Of a stretch of DNA of 64,000 nt, positions 1-8,728 are shown in pieces; position 1 is the first letter of the stretch; every line of letters starts with the position of its first letter. The notes beneath the pieces were generated by a model. The model had not been told where the DNA came from. It saw only the letters and a list, made by a program, of their open reading frames with translations, and made no database searches. This stretch comes from Bacilli bacterium (GTDB taxonomy: Bacteria; Bacillota_I; Bacilli_A; RFN20; CAG-288). The DNA lies in NCBI GenBank assembly GCA_900770925.1, contig CAAGLY010000013.1:182-64181 (forward strand), given 5' to 3'. The position numbers and the translations under genes were made by a program.

Positions 1-231
1 GGTAGATAGAGTCAACAATTTTTTTCAAAATCTTTTAAAAATATTTTTCAAGAAGCAAAAAAGCCCGATTTTTCGGTCGTTTTTCGGAATTTATTTTTTT
101 GAAAATATTCTTCTATGGGTGGTTTTTTAGCTACTGAGTGATTGTTTTTCCTCTGCTTTTCCTCTCTTTTACAGAGATAGGAATTTCAGGGCCGTTTTTT
201 GCTATATATATATTGTTATTTATAAGCAATG

Positions 232-258
232 AAAAACCCCGGCTTTTATCGGCCGGGG
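232..258 (-). terminator. intrinsic terminator after rpiB
   Basis: Stem ccccggc (237-243) pairs with gccgggg (252-258). The A-run at 232-236 on + gives a U-tract on -. It lies 13 nt past the rpiB stop. Confidence 0.6.
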
Positions 259-270
259 TCTAAGAGACAT

Positions 271-714
271 TTAGTGTGTTTTTTCGTAGTCGAGCATCCT
301 ACTGACGCGGACGTCATGGCGTCCATGCCTCGGTTCAGCAGCTAAGAAGATATCGATCCGGCGGAGGATGTCCTCTTTGGACCTATATTTTGCACCGAAA
401 GTAATGACCTTTGCATGGTTATGTTCAACGAGAAGCTTAGAGACTTCATCATTGTATCCGACTCCGGCTAATATTCCGGTTACTTTATTCGCTGCCCTGG
501 CAACGCCTTCGCCGGAAGAACAGACGAAGATTCCTTTATCGGCCTTGTGGTCGCGGATAGCTTCGGCAGCCGGGATAGCAAAAGCAGGATAGTGGCAGGA
601 TTCTTCGCTGTCCGTACCGAAATCGAGGATTTCGATTCCTTTTTCCTGAAGATGGGAAAGAATTGCTTCTTTCCTTATATAACCGCCATGGTCACAGGCA
701 AAGGCAATTTTCAT
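271..714 (-). CDS. rpiB: ribose-5-phosphate isomerase B (RpiB/LacAB family)
   Basis: 147 aa with the MKIAFACDHGG N-terminus and overall RpiB/LacAB family pattern. The tsaC(ywlC)-rpiB neighbourhood matches Bacillus. Confidence 0.85.
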   Translation of the reverse strand: MKIAFACDHGGYIRKEAILSHLQEKGIEILDFGTDSEESCHYPAFAIPAAEAIRDHKADKGIFVCSSGEGVARAANKVTGILAGVGYNDEVSKLLVEHNHAKVITFGAKYRSKEDILRRIDIFLAAEPRHGRHDVRVSRMLDYEKTH

Positions 715-729
715 GTCTGTTTTCTCCCT

Positions 730-1344
730 TTATTTTCCGAAATAGGCTTTGTCGATTTCTTCTTTGGTGATGTCACCCTGGCGGATGACTATCGGAGCAT
801 CCTTAGTCAGGTCGACGACGGTAGTCGGTGTTCCGCTCTGGCATTTTCCTTCTACGAGTCCTTCGACATACGGGGAATCCTTGAAGATGTCAATAACTTC
901 TTCTTCGCTCTTGACGGAAGGCTGTCCGGATAGATTAGCGGAGGTAACCTGCAGTGCAAAAGGAAGACAAGAAAGGAAAGCAAGGAGTTCCTTCTTCCCA
1001 GGAATACGGATTCCGGCAACGTAAGTCCCGAGATGGGTCTGATACGGGGCGTTTTCCTTTGCTTTGACAAGAACGGTCAAAGGTCCGGGAAGGAATTTGT
1101 CCCTAACCCGTTTAATACTAGGAGTAATCTCAAAGTATTTTTCTAACGGGAAATCGGCTGAACACATTACGGCAATCGGCTTTGCCGGAGAGCGTCCTTT
1201 CGCTAAGTCAAGAAGCTTATAGGCCTCCTCACTATCGAAACGGATGCCAAGTCCATAGACCGTCTCCGTCGGAAGGGCTAAGACCTTCCCCTGTTCTAGA
1301 ATCTCTTTTGCTTTTCCGTCATGAAAGGATTCAAGGATCAGCAT
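730..1344 (-). CDS. tsaC: L-threonylcarbamoyladenylate synthase (TsaC/YwlC/Sua5 family)
   Basis: 204 aa with LPTETVYGLG, TSANLSGQP and GTPTTVVD motifs of the YrdC/Sua5 fold. Confidence 0.85.
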   Translation of the reverse strand: MLILESFHDGKAKEILEQGKVLALPTETVYGLGIRFDSEEAYKLLDLAKGRSPAKPIAVMCSADFPLEKYFEITPSIKRVRDKFLPGPLTVLVKAKENAPYQTHLGTYVAGIRIPGKKELLAFLSCLPFALQVTSANLSGQPSVKSEEEVIDIFKDSPYVEGLVEGKCQSGTPTTVVDLTKDAPIVIRQGDITKEEIDKAYFGK

Positions 1345-1347
1345 AGT

Positions 1348-1923
1348 TTAAGCACGCTTACGATGATGCGGATTGAGGATGTTGACGTACTCATCCTTCG
1401 GCTTCTTGCTCTGAAGGTAGGCATAGTATTTGGAGTAAGGATAGCCGTAGTGGGCGCATAAGTCTTTGACAATTACCTTTTTCTGGGTATCGAACGTCTT
1501 TTCGATAGCTGCAAAGCGGATCGTATCGGCATCGCTTTCCTCTCCTAATCCTAAAGAGGAAGGATCAGCAATCAGTCCGTCGCAATAGGCAATCGCCGTT
1601 GCTAGGTTCTTTGCCCGGCGTTCCGTGGCAGTCTCCACTGCCTTCTTTTCCTTGACGGCCGGTTTGCGGCGGGGAAGATTGTCAAGTTCAAAGCGGGATT
1701 TCCAGAGTCCGATGGCTCCGGAAACACGGCTCTTTCCTAAGACACGGACAGAGATTCCGTTGTCTTCGAAAACCTGGTAGGGATCTTCTCCTGCCTTTAA
1801 GGCTTCGACGACTTTCTGCACGAATTCGTCAGTAAAGACGATTTTCCCTTCCGTGCATTTGACGACATTGGGGTTGTGGTTGAGAACACGCTGGGCATGC
1901 TTGGTAAATTTCTTGTTTGCCAT
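1348..1923 (-). CDS. HTH protein resembling the N-terminal OrfA/HTH part of IS3-family transposases, without a DDE domain
   Basis: 191 aa. The N-terminus (NPNVVKCTEGKIVFTDEF...LGKSRVSGAIGLWKSRF) and C-terminus (DLCAHYGYPYSKYYAYLQSK) resemble IS3 OrfA and the HTH_21 start of OrfB. No catalytic domain or inverted repeats are present. The gene is tightly packed between ftsH and tsaC. Confidence 0.4.
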   Translation of the reverse strand: MANKKFTKHAQRVLNHNPNVVKCTEGKIVFTDEFVQKVVEALKAGEDPYQVFEDNGISVRVLGKSRVSGAIGLWKSRFELDNLPRRKPAVKEKKAVETATERRAKNLATAIAYCDGLIADPSSLGLGEESDADTIRFAAIEKTFDTQKKVIVKDLCAHYGYPYSKYYAYLQSKKPKDEYVNILNPHHRKRA

Positions 1924-1942
1924 TGTTTCCTCCTTTTACCTA

Positions 1943-4597
1943 TTATTCCTTATGGCTTTCGTCGTTCTTTGTATCTGTTTCCGGAGAAACTTCCTTGGCC
2001 TCTTCAGCCTTAGGAGTTTCTTCCTTCTTTGCCGGAGCAAATTCCTTCTCTAAATGGTGGACGGTTTCATCATCAGTCGTGATGAGAAGAACCGGAACAC
2101 CGGCATAGGATTCAAGGTGAGTAGCAAAGGATTCCCTAGACCTAGAGACATTCCTTACTTTTCCGTAGTCAAGGAACAGCCTTCCGATATGGCTCGGATC
2201 AGCTGCGCCATGGACACAGGCTTCCTTGAACTCATTGTCGCCGATCGGGTTTCCATGCGCAGTGGCAATGACTAAGACTAAGCGGGAAGGATGTCCTTCT
2301 AAGACTTTATCGATACCGAGATAGTAATAGTTGAATCCTGGATAAAGAATGATGTCTTTCGGATTCTTCGGCTCTGCCTTGTCCTGCCTCTTATGCTCAT
2401 CGACAGGCGGGAGCTTACGGTTCTTCAGAAGGTAGTCGATTTGATCGGAAGTGATGGTTTCGTTCTTGATTAAGGTTTCGGCAATCAGTTCAACATCGGC
2501 ACGATGCTCTTCTAAGAGCTTGCGGCACTGTTCATGGCAGTCATTGATAATCTTGCGGACAGCCGTATCGATCTCAAAGGCAACCTGAGTGGAATAATGG
2601 GCACTGGAAGAAGTATAGTCACGTCCTAAGAAGACGCTTCCTTCCGGTTTCTCATACTGGATAGGACCTAAGTCGCTCCTTCCGTATTCGGTAACCATGC
2701 TACGGGCAATGTTGGTGGCGACCTCAATATCATTGGAAGCACCGGAAGAGACATCGCCAAAGAAGATTTCCTCGCTGGTCCGTCCGCCTAGGTAACCGGT
2801 GATACGGGCAAGCCTCTGGTTCTTTGTCCTGAGGAACCGGTCTTTTTCCGGTGTCCTTAAGACATGGCCGCCAGTACGTCCGCGGGGAACAATGGTAATC
2901 TTCTGGACCTTATCCGAATAAGGCAAGAAGATACCGACGACGGCATGGCCGGCCTCATGATAGGCGACCTGACGTTTTTCGGCCGGATCAAGATGAGATC
3001 TCTTCGCCGGACCGGCAATAGCACGGTCGATGGCCTCATCGATATCGGAAGTGGTGACGGCAGTACGGTTATTACGGACAGCTAAGATAGCGGCATCATT
3101 CCTGATGTTCGCTAAGTCAGCGCCGGAAAAGCCGACTGTACGGGTAGCAATCGAATCGAAGTTGACATCCGGAGCAATCTTCTTATTGCGGGAATGGACA
3201 CGGAGAATAGCGGCACGTCCTGCCTGATCAGGAAGGTCGACCGTAATCGTACGGTCGAAACGTCCCGGACGGGTAAGAGCAGGATCAAGGACATCGGCAC
3301 GGTTAGTAGCTGCGATGACAATGATTCCGGAGTTGTCTTCGAAACCATCCATTTCAACAAGCAATTCGTTTAAAGTCTGCTCGCGTTCATCGTTTCCGCC
3401 ACCCAAACCGGCACCGCGCTGACGGCCGACAGCATCGATTTCGTCGATGAAGATCAGGCACGGAGCATTGGCTTTCGCATTCTTGAATAAGGAACGGACA
3501 CGGCTGGCACCAACACCGACATACCTTTCCACGAAGTCAGAACCGGAGATGGAATAGAAAGGAACATTGGCCTCGCCGGCAACTGCCTTTGCTAATAAGG
3601 TCTTACCGGTTCCAGGCGGGCCGACTAAAAGGACACCATGAGGGAGCTTGGCTCCTAAACGGGTGTATTTATCGGCATTTTTGAAGTAATCGACTAATTC
3701 GACAAGTTCAGCTTTGGACTCATCGCATCCGGCAACATCGGAGAAGCGGACTTTGGATTTTGATGTCTTACGGGCAAGATTGTCGACAAATCCGCCCATC
3801 GGGTTTCCGCCCTGGCCAAGGCCTTTGCTCCTGCGGGAGAAAAGGAAGAAGAAGAGGGCACCGATTAAGACTAAATAGATAACCGGCCTGACCCAGGAGA
3901 GATTGCTTGTCTTCTCTAAGGAGTAGGAATAGGAAACGCCGGAATTGTAGTAATCGACATAAGCGCCGTTGTCGTTCTGGATCTTCACATAGTTGACAAT
4001 CGGCCTAACGTAATGTTCGAACTCTTTGGTGGTAATCTGAACAGTGAAAGAATAGCTTCCTTTCTTCGCAATAGAGAAAGAACCTTTCAGATAATACAGA
4101 TCAGACCTTTCATTGCTCTTGACGACAGAAAGGACAAGATTCTGGTAGTTAGAAGGATTCAGGAGAATTTTCGCTAATGCTCCTTCATTCTTAGTCACTT
4201 CGCCAAGAGTCTTGATATCTTCCTCCTGAGCAAGCTGCTGATAATTGGAAAAATCCGGATAGCCATTCGAATCGGTATCGATCTTGCCGTCTTTATTAAC
4301 ATCGACAGCATAGTAGATATCCTTATTCGTATAGCCTAAAGATGTCGACCGCCTCTTAAATCCGAAGAAATAGATCCTCCTAGAAACGATAGCAATGAAG
4401 ACAAGGGCAAGAACCACAATTCCGCCAAAGCCTTTCTTCTGCTTTGGGCCATTATTGCTGCCCTGTCCAAACGGATTTCTGTTATCGGGAGAATTCTTCT
4501 TCGGCGGCTGCTGATCATCATCCGAAAATTCCCTAAGGGTCTGTTCCTTTCCCATAAAGGAATAGGTCAGGTTTTCGACTTTTTCGGGTTTTGCCAT
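1943..4597 (-). CDS. ftsH: ATP-dependent zinc metalloprotease FtsH with long ectodomain and extra C-terminal domain
   Basis: 884 aa with Walker [17 protein letters not shown] region [19 protein letters not shown] and Zn site HEAGHA. It has two TM segments. SD TAGGAGGT lies 6 nt before the ATG. Confidence 0.93.
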   Translation of the reverse strand: MAKPEKVENLTYSFMGKEQTLREFSDDDQQPPKKNSPDNRNPFGQGSNNGPKQKKGFGGIVVLALVFIAIVSRRIYFFGFKRRSTSLGYTNKDIYYAVDVNKDGKIDTDSNGYPDFSNYQQLAQEEDIKTLGEVTKNEGALAKILLNPSNYQNLVLSVVKSNERSDLYYLKGSFSIAKKGSYSFTVQITTKEFEHYVRPIVNYVKIQNDNGAYVDYYNSGVSYSYSLEKTSNLSWVRPVIYLVLIGALFFFLFSRRSKGLGQGGNPMGGFVDNLARKTSKSKVRFSDVAGCDESKAELVELVDYFKNADKYTRLGAKLPHGVLLVGPPGTGKTLLAKAVAGEANVPFYSISGSDFVERYVGVGASRVRSLFKNAKANAPCLIFIDEIDAVGRQRGAGLGGGNDEREQTLNELLVEMDGFEDNSGIIVIAATNRADVLDPALTRPGRFDRTITVDLPDQAGRAAILRVHSRNKKIAPDVNFDSIATRTVGFSGADLANIRNDAAILAVRNNRTAVTTSDIDEAIDRAIAGPAKRSHLDPAEKRQVAYHEAGHAVVGIFLPYSDKVQKITIVPRGRTGGHVLRTPEKDRFLRTKNQRLARITGYLGGRTSEEIFFGDVSSGASNDIEVATNIARSMVTEYGRSDLGPIQYEKPEGSVFLGRDYTSSSAHYSTQVAFEIDTAVRKIINDCHEQCRKLLEEHRADVELIAETLIKNETITSDQIDYLLKNRKLPPVDEHKRQDKAEPKNPKDIILYPGFNYYYLGIDKVLEGHPSRLVLVIATAHGNPIGDNEFKEACVHGAADPSHIGRLFLDYGKVRNVSRSRESFATHLESYAGVPVLLITTDDETVHHLEKEFAPAKKEETPKAEEAKEVSPETDTKNDESHKE

Positions 4598-4632
4598 GTT
4601 TAACCTCCTATCGATTAGAATAACACACTAAT

Positions 4633-4661
4633 AATATAGAAAAAGAAAGCCGCTCTTTCAA
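4633..4661 (-). promoter_or_regulatory. sigma-70 type promoter for ftsH
   Basis: On the minus strand: TTGAAA (4661-4656), a 17-nt spacer, then TATATT (4638-4633), about 35 nt upstream of the ftsH ATG. Confidence 0.5.
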
Positions 4662-4775
4662 GAAGAATGACCACAGGGAAGTGAAAATAAATTTTTGAGT
4701 AAAGTAGCGCATATAGGGCAATTTTAACCGATTTAGCCCTAACGATTTTCAAATTTGCTTTTGAAAAAGGCACAG

Positions 4776-4806
4776 AGAAAAAGGAAGGGATTGTCTCCCC
4801 TCCTTC
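4776..4806 (-). terminator. intrinsic terminator after the DUF2188 gene
   Basis: On the minus strand a GGAGGGGAGACAATCCCTTCC hairpin is followed by TTTTTCTC, about 45 nt past the stop at 4853. Confidence 0.5.
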
Positions 4807-4852
4807 TTCTCTAAGATGAAAGCGCTCTTTTCAAGCAGTTTTCCAAGTGAAC

Positions 4853-5077
4853 CTAGTTCGACTGGAATTTGCCTTTATGCTGACCTTTGCTCGCTTTGAC
4901 TAAGACAGCCCGGTCGTTGTTCTGAGCACGTGCCTTAGTGAACTCAAGAGCCTCGGCTTTCGTATCGAACAGCTTAATGACCCGTTCCCCACCGGTGTAC
5001 TTCAGCTGCCACTTCCCGTCCGATTCCCGTTTGGAGAGAATATAGGTCTTTCCCGTATTGCGTTTTTCTTCTGCCAT
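4853..5077 (-). CDS. DUF2188-family small protein
   Basis: 74 aa with the GKWQLKYTGGERVIKLFDTKAEALEFTKARAQ pattern of DUF2188. SD TAGGAGGAAA lies upstream. Confidence 0.6.
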   Translation of the reverse strand: MAEEKRNTGKTYILSKRESDGKWQLKYTGGERVIKLFDTKAEALEFTKARAQNNDRAVLVKASKGQHKGKFQSN

Positions 5078-5281
5078 ATTGAATTTCCTCCTATCGCTTC
5101 ATGGTTTATTAAAATGATAAAAACAAAATTAGAAAAATGCAAGGAATAAAAGAGTATTCCCTTTTTTCTCTCCTTATTCTTCTTTATTCCGCTAAGAAAA
5201 TGGTTCGGTTTACAATCAATAATCTATTATCTATGTGTCCGAGAAAACAGACTAGAAAAAAACAGAACAGAACCGAAAAAG

Positions 5282-5323
5282 AAAAAGGCAACCTTTTTCT
5301 TATTGACATAGGTTGCCTTTTTT
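5282..5323. terminator. bidirectional intrinsic terminator
   Basis: Stem aaggcaacct (5285-5294) pairs with aggttgcctt (5310-5319), flanked by an A-run and a T-run. It lies 30 nt past the stop of the XRE gene on the minus strand. Confidence 0.6.
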
Positions 5324-5354
5324 CTATTTGTTCTTTATCTATGCTTACTTACAG

Positions 5355-6482
5355 CTATTGTTTGTTTTCCCGGCGTTCAATTCTCTTGATGAAGTAGAGG
5401 TTCAGGAAATAGAAGGCAACCAACAGCCCGGTGAAGAAAACAGGAAAGAAGATACAGGAGAAGACACCAACGCCGTTTCCGTCCCTTAGGATGACATCCA
5501 CGATGACTAAAGCGGTGAAGACACTGCGGAAAGTCATCAAAGTAATCCTAAAGGATTTTTCCTTTTTCCGGTTGCAGAGGAGGAAGAGAAGGATTCCGAT
5601 AATAAAAGTAACAACTCCGACAATAAAGGTAATCCAGGCAAAGACGCAGTCAATTGTCTCTGTATGGGAGAACCTATCCCATAAGGTTTCTACTCCTCTC
5701 CGGGTATAGAAGGAAGAAAGAGGAAAGACAATAAAGTATTCGATGCAGAAGAACAGAGGAAGGGAGAGCCTATATAGACAGGAAGAATGGCGGATATGAT
5801 CCTTGAAGCGAAGGAAGGCATTAGGATGGAGAGACCGGATTAGCCTGATAAAGGCAAAGAGGACACCGAAGATCGGAATCAGAACAAAGGGCAGAAGATG
5901 ATGGATATTGGAGAAGATACCTCCTGTGAAGCAGAAGATAATGTGGAACAGGGTCAGTCCTAATGTTCCGATCCTTAATAAAAGCTGATCAAGGGAATTT
6001 TTCCGGAAAGAAGGAAGAGAAACAGAGAGGACAGACGTAATCCTGATAAAGATGGTGAACAAAGATATCCTGACTAGGAAGAAGATTCCCCTTCCGGAAG
6101 AATTCCTGATCTGATAGGAGTTCTGTGTGTAAAGAACATCTTCGGTTACCCAGATGTTGATCTTGATGCTATAGAGAATAAGAAGGACAAAAGGATAGAC
6201 AAGATAGAACAGATTGACAAGCGGGAACTTTTCCTTCTCTGTTTTCTTAGGAGCAGGAATTATCTCGCTTTCGCTTTCTGTTTCTCTTCCTAAGAGATAA
6301 TCGGAAGTGACAGAGAAAATATCCGCCAGAATTAAAATATCCTCGACAGAAGGAGCACTCTTCCCGTCTTCCCAGTCAGAGATAGTCTTCTTGTCGACAC
6401 CTAATTTTTCCGCCAGTTCATCCTGGCTAAGCTTAGCATCTCTTCTAAGCCTATATATCCGGAATCCAATATCATTTACCAT
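5355..6482 (-). CDS. XRE-family HTH regulator fused to a multi-pass membrane domain
   Basis: The N-terminal region (RLRRDAKLSQDELAEKLGVDKKTISDWEDGKSAPSVEDILILADIF) is an HTH_3 domain, followed by about 7 hydrophobic segments. I place the start at the second ATG (6482) because GGTGAGGAAA lies 7 nt upstream. The ORF is open to 6503. Confidence 0.75.
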   Translation of the reverse strand: MVNDIGFRIYRLRRDAKLSQDELAEKLGVDKKTISDWEDGKSAPSVEDILILADIFSVTSDYLLGRETESESEIIPAPKKTEKEKFPLVNLFYLVYPFVLLILYSIKINIWVTEDVLYTQNSYQIRNSSGRGIFFLVRISLFTIFIRITSVLSVSLPSFRKNSLDQLLLRIGTLGLTLFHIIFCFTGGIFSNIHHLLPFVLIPIFGVLFAFIRLIRSLHPNAFLRFKDHIRHSSCLYRLSLPLFFCIEYFIVFPLSSFYTRRGVETLWDRFSHTETIDCVFAWITFIVGVVTFIIGILLFLLCNRKKEKSFRITLMTFRSVFTALVIVDVILRDGNGVGVFSCIFFPVFFTGLLVAFYFLNLYFIKRIERRENKQ

Positions 6483-6602
6483 TTCAGATTTCCTCACCAA
6501 CATTATAGCGGAAAGAAAGATGAAGGAGATAAAGATATTTTACAGAAAGAAAATAAAAGCAGAGAAAAGTTTGCTTGTCCTATAGTTTTATCTATAAACA
6601 CG

Positions 6603-6624
6603 AAAAAAACCCGATTTCTCGGGT
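6603..6624 (-). terminator. intrinsic terminator after tRNA-Ala
   Basis: Stem acccga (6609-6614) pairs with tcgggt (6619-6624). The A-run at 6603-6609 gives a U-tract on the minus strand. Confidence 0.6.
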
Positions 6625-6635
6625 TAAATTTCTAT

Positions 6636-6711
6636 TGGTGGAGCTGACGAGGATCGAACTCGCGACCTCCTCCATGCCATGGAGGCGCTCTCCCAGTTGA
6701 GCTACAGCCCC
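6636..6711 (-). tRNA. tRNA-Ala (anticodon GGC)
   Basis: The reverse complement folds as a cloverleaf. The acceptor GGGGCTG/CAGCTCC has G3:U70, the anticodon arm is CCTCC-ATGGCAT-GGAGG, the T-loop is TTCGATC, and CCA is encoded. Confidence 0.93.
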
Positions 6712-6739
6712 AATGATAGCCTTTTAACAGGCGAGGATA

Positions 6740-6768
6740 ATTCTAACCCCTTTTTATCACAGAGTCAA
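6740..6768 (-). promoter_or_regulatory. sigma-70 type promoter for tRNA-Ala
   Basis: On the minus strand: TTGACT (6768-6763), a 17-nt spacer, then TAGAAT (6745-6740), 28 nt before the tRNA 5' end. Confidence 0.6.
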
Positions 6769-6791
6769 CAGAAATCGATTTTTTTTGAAAA

Positions 6792-7502
6792 TCAGAGTTT
6801 AACAGACTTCTGGAACACCCGGTTAAGGATATCCTCACTGAACTCGTTGTTTTTCTCTTTCTCGGTATAATCGGGATCTTCTGCTTTTCTCAGCTCCTCC
6901 TGGAATACACAGGTCAGAACCTCGATGGAGTGATTAGAGACATTATCGTTATTGACGATCCTATCAGCATAATTGGAGCTAGGAGCAATGATTTCCGAAT
7001 ACATCGGAGCAACCGTATTGAGATACTGGGAGACAATGTTCTCATAGCTGCGTCCTCTCTCCTCGTGGTCACGGATAAAGCGGCGGAGGAAGCGGACTTC
7101 CGGAGAAGCCGTGATGAAAACAAGAAGATCTCCCCTAGAGCGGACTTCCTTATCGACAAGGGCCCTGATTCCTTCGATAACGACTAATTTGCGGGGTACA
7201 ATGGTCTCTGTTTCCTGCCTGCGGTTACGGACCTTGAAATCGTATTTCGGTTTCTGAATCGATTTTCCGTTCTTGAGATCAAGGATCTGCTTACGCCTAA
7301 GTTTCCAGTCGAAAGCCTTAGGATGGTCATAGTTGACCGCGTTGCGTTCTTCCCTAGTCCTATTGGACTGGTCACGGTAGTAATCATCCCTAGTAATATG
7401 GGTGACATTCTCCTCACCGACATTCTTGATGACGTTCTTGGCAACATAGCTCTTACCAGAAGAAGAGCCTCCGCCGATCAGGATGATTCTTGGCATATCC
7501 AT
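6792..7502 (-). CDS. udk: uridine kinase
   Basis: 236 aa with P-loop IGGGSSSGKS, then YDHPKAFDW and KPKYDF motifs of uridine/cytidine kinase. There is a C-terminal extension of about 30 aa. Confidence 0.85.
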   Translation of the reverse strand: MDMPRIILIGGGSSSGKSYVAKNVIKNVGEENVTHITRDDYYRDQSNRTREERNAVNYDHPKAFDWKLRRKQILDLKNGKSIQKPKYDFKVRNRRQETETIVPRKLVVIEGIRALVDKEVRSRGDLLVFITASPEVRFLRRFIRDHEERGRSYENIVSQYLNTVAPMYSEIIAPSSNYADRIVNNDNVSNHSIEVLTCVFQEELRKAEDPDYTEKEKNNEFSEDILNRVFQKSVKL

Positions 7503-7563
7503 ACCCCTCCGTTAATTTTCCGGATAATATTATAACGATTAGGAAATAAGACAAGAAGAGATT

Positions 7564-8133
7564 TTAATCAAGGGAACGAATGTCTCTCTCCCTCTGAGCT
7601 GCATTGACAAAGACAATTCCGTGGCAGCCTGCTTTTTCGGCAGCCTGGATATTCCGTACCCGGTCATCGATCCTGACCGTGTCTTCTGCTTTCAGATTCA
7701 AATCCTTTAAGACATAGAGCCAATAATCGATATCCGGCTTAGCGTGATGGATTTCAGCTGAGATGTACCTCTTATCAAAAAGAGGAATCAGCTTGAAGTC
7801 CTCGAGTAATGGACGTAAATGTCCGGAAGAGGCGTTAGAGAGAAGATAGATCTTATATCCTTCCTTCTTCAGCTTCCATTCTGTTTCAATGGTATCCTTC
7901 TTCGGTCTAGCAATCTCGAAGAATTCCTTATCCGCTTCCTCTTTGCTTGTTCCATCCCTCTTTCCGAGTCTTTCCCTGATTTCCGGATAGAGGATATTGC
8001 CTAAATCCCCTTCACGGAAAAGACGGTTTGCTTCCTCCTGCTGCTCCCTAGTGAAATGATGGTTACGGTAATAGACAGCGACTGTCTCCTCAGCAAATAC
8101 GCCGAAGAAATCCATAAACAATACTTTTTTCAT
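7564..8133 (-). CDS. HAD-superfamily hydrolase
   Basis: HAD motif I-like FMDFFGV sits near the N-terminus, with LLSNAS (motif II) and a DD motif at IDDRVRN. I chose the ATG at 8133 (MKKVLFMDFFGV). The track ORF begins at a GTG at 8208 with no RBS. Confidence 0.65.
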   Translation of the reverse strand: MKKVLFMDFFGVFAEETVAVYYRNHHFTREQQEEANRLFREGDLGNILYPEIRERLGKRDGTSKEEADKEFFEIARPKKDTIETEWKLKKEGYKIYLLSNASSGHLRPLLEDFKLIPLFDKRYISAEIHHAKPDIDYWLYVLKDLNLKAEDTVRIDDRVRNIQAAEKAGCHGIVFVNAAQRERDIRSLD

Positions 8134-8310
8134 AATTCTATTGTATTCGGAAAAAGAGGAAAATGTACCAAAGAAAGAAGTCTGTTCATTTCCGTGTTCA
8201 TTTTTCACTAAGTGGACAGGATGGTATTATTTCTCTCTTCTCCATAGAAAAAGGAGACTGACCACAGTCTGTTGACCGTCTCCTTTTCAATCCAGGGTAT
8301 AAAGAATAGG

Positions 8311-8511
8311 CTACTCGCTCTTTACGGCTTCCGGCTTGCTTTTCTTGCTCTTAATAGCGTTTAGGATACGGATAGCAAGAGGAGCAAGAGAAAGAATAAT
8401 AAGTACGATAGAGAGGAAGGCAAGAATAATAGAGCCGAAGAATCCATCGGTTGCATCCAATAAAAAGAAGCCGTAAAAGACTAGCCATGCTTGGAAAAAC
8501 ACATTAAGCAA
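8311..8511 (-). CDS. small membrane protein, start uncertain
   Basis: The protein is hydrophobic with a K-rich tail. The only canonical start is a TTG at 8511, but the frame stays open to about 8740 (see findings). Confidence 0.45.
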   Translation of the reverse strand: MLNVFFQAWLVFYGFFLLDATDGFFGSIILAFLSIVLIILSLAPLAIRILNAIKSKKSKPEAVKSE

Positions 8512-8684
8512 TTCAAAGATCAGGAACCAATTGCCCTTCTTTGCCGGTAGTTTTTTCAGATAAAGGAAGTAAGCGACAGCTGTCCTAATAAGAGCAGCAA
8601 CTAAAGGGATGACCTCAAAGACAACAATGTTAAAGGTGTTGTATTCGAAGGAAGGTCCTCCTCCGGTCGAATTCGGAAATCCGA

Positions 8685-8724
8685 CAAAGAGATAGAGGGG
8701 AACAGAAAGAAGTCTCTGTTCCCC
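8685..8724 (-). terminator. hairpin/terminator after the LTA-synthase-like gene
   Basis: On the minus strand GGGGAACAGA (8724-8715) pairs with TCTGTTCCCC (8706-8697), followed by a T-rich tract. It lies 5 nt past the stop at 8729. Confidence 0.45.
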
Positions 8725-8728
8725 TAGA

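Noticed and set aside
368-1070. Nested or antisense ORFs inside rpiB and tsaC. The same class occurs elsewhere, for example 2857-3360, 9551-9978, 15793-16457, 22121-22445, 23945-24334, 35647-36160, 40402-41690, 49691-50332, 52686-53671, 53996-54448 and 57775-58341.
   Set aside because: Each is fully embedded in, or antisense to, a long ORF with strong family motifs. Their translations are low-complexity (S/L/R/P-rich), as expected for wrong-frame reading. None has an SD.
1943-2395. FtsH C-terminal extension as a fused HPRT fragment (LDYGKVRNV against the GLDY.E.YRNLP motif of Hpt)
   Set aside because: The similarity is limited to a few residues. No PRPP-binding loop is present, and hprT normally lies upstream of ftsH, not downstream.
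5137-5397. 86-aa ORF on + between the DUF2188 and XRE genes
   Set aside because: It runs through a bidirectional terminator hairpin (5285-5319) and into the 3' end of the XRE gene. It has no SD and a low-complexity sequence.
8652-8664. GGAGGAGGA as a Shine-Dalgarno sequence for the open frame upstream of 8511
   Set aside because: No start codon of any accepted type follows within 5-12 nt. In frame it simply encodes Gly-Gly-Gly.
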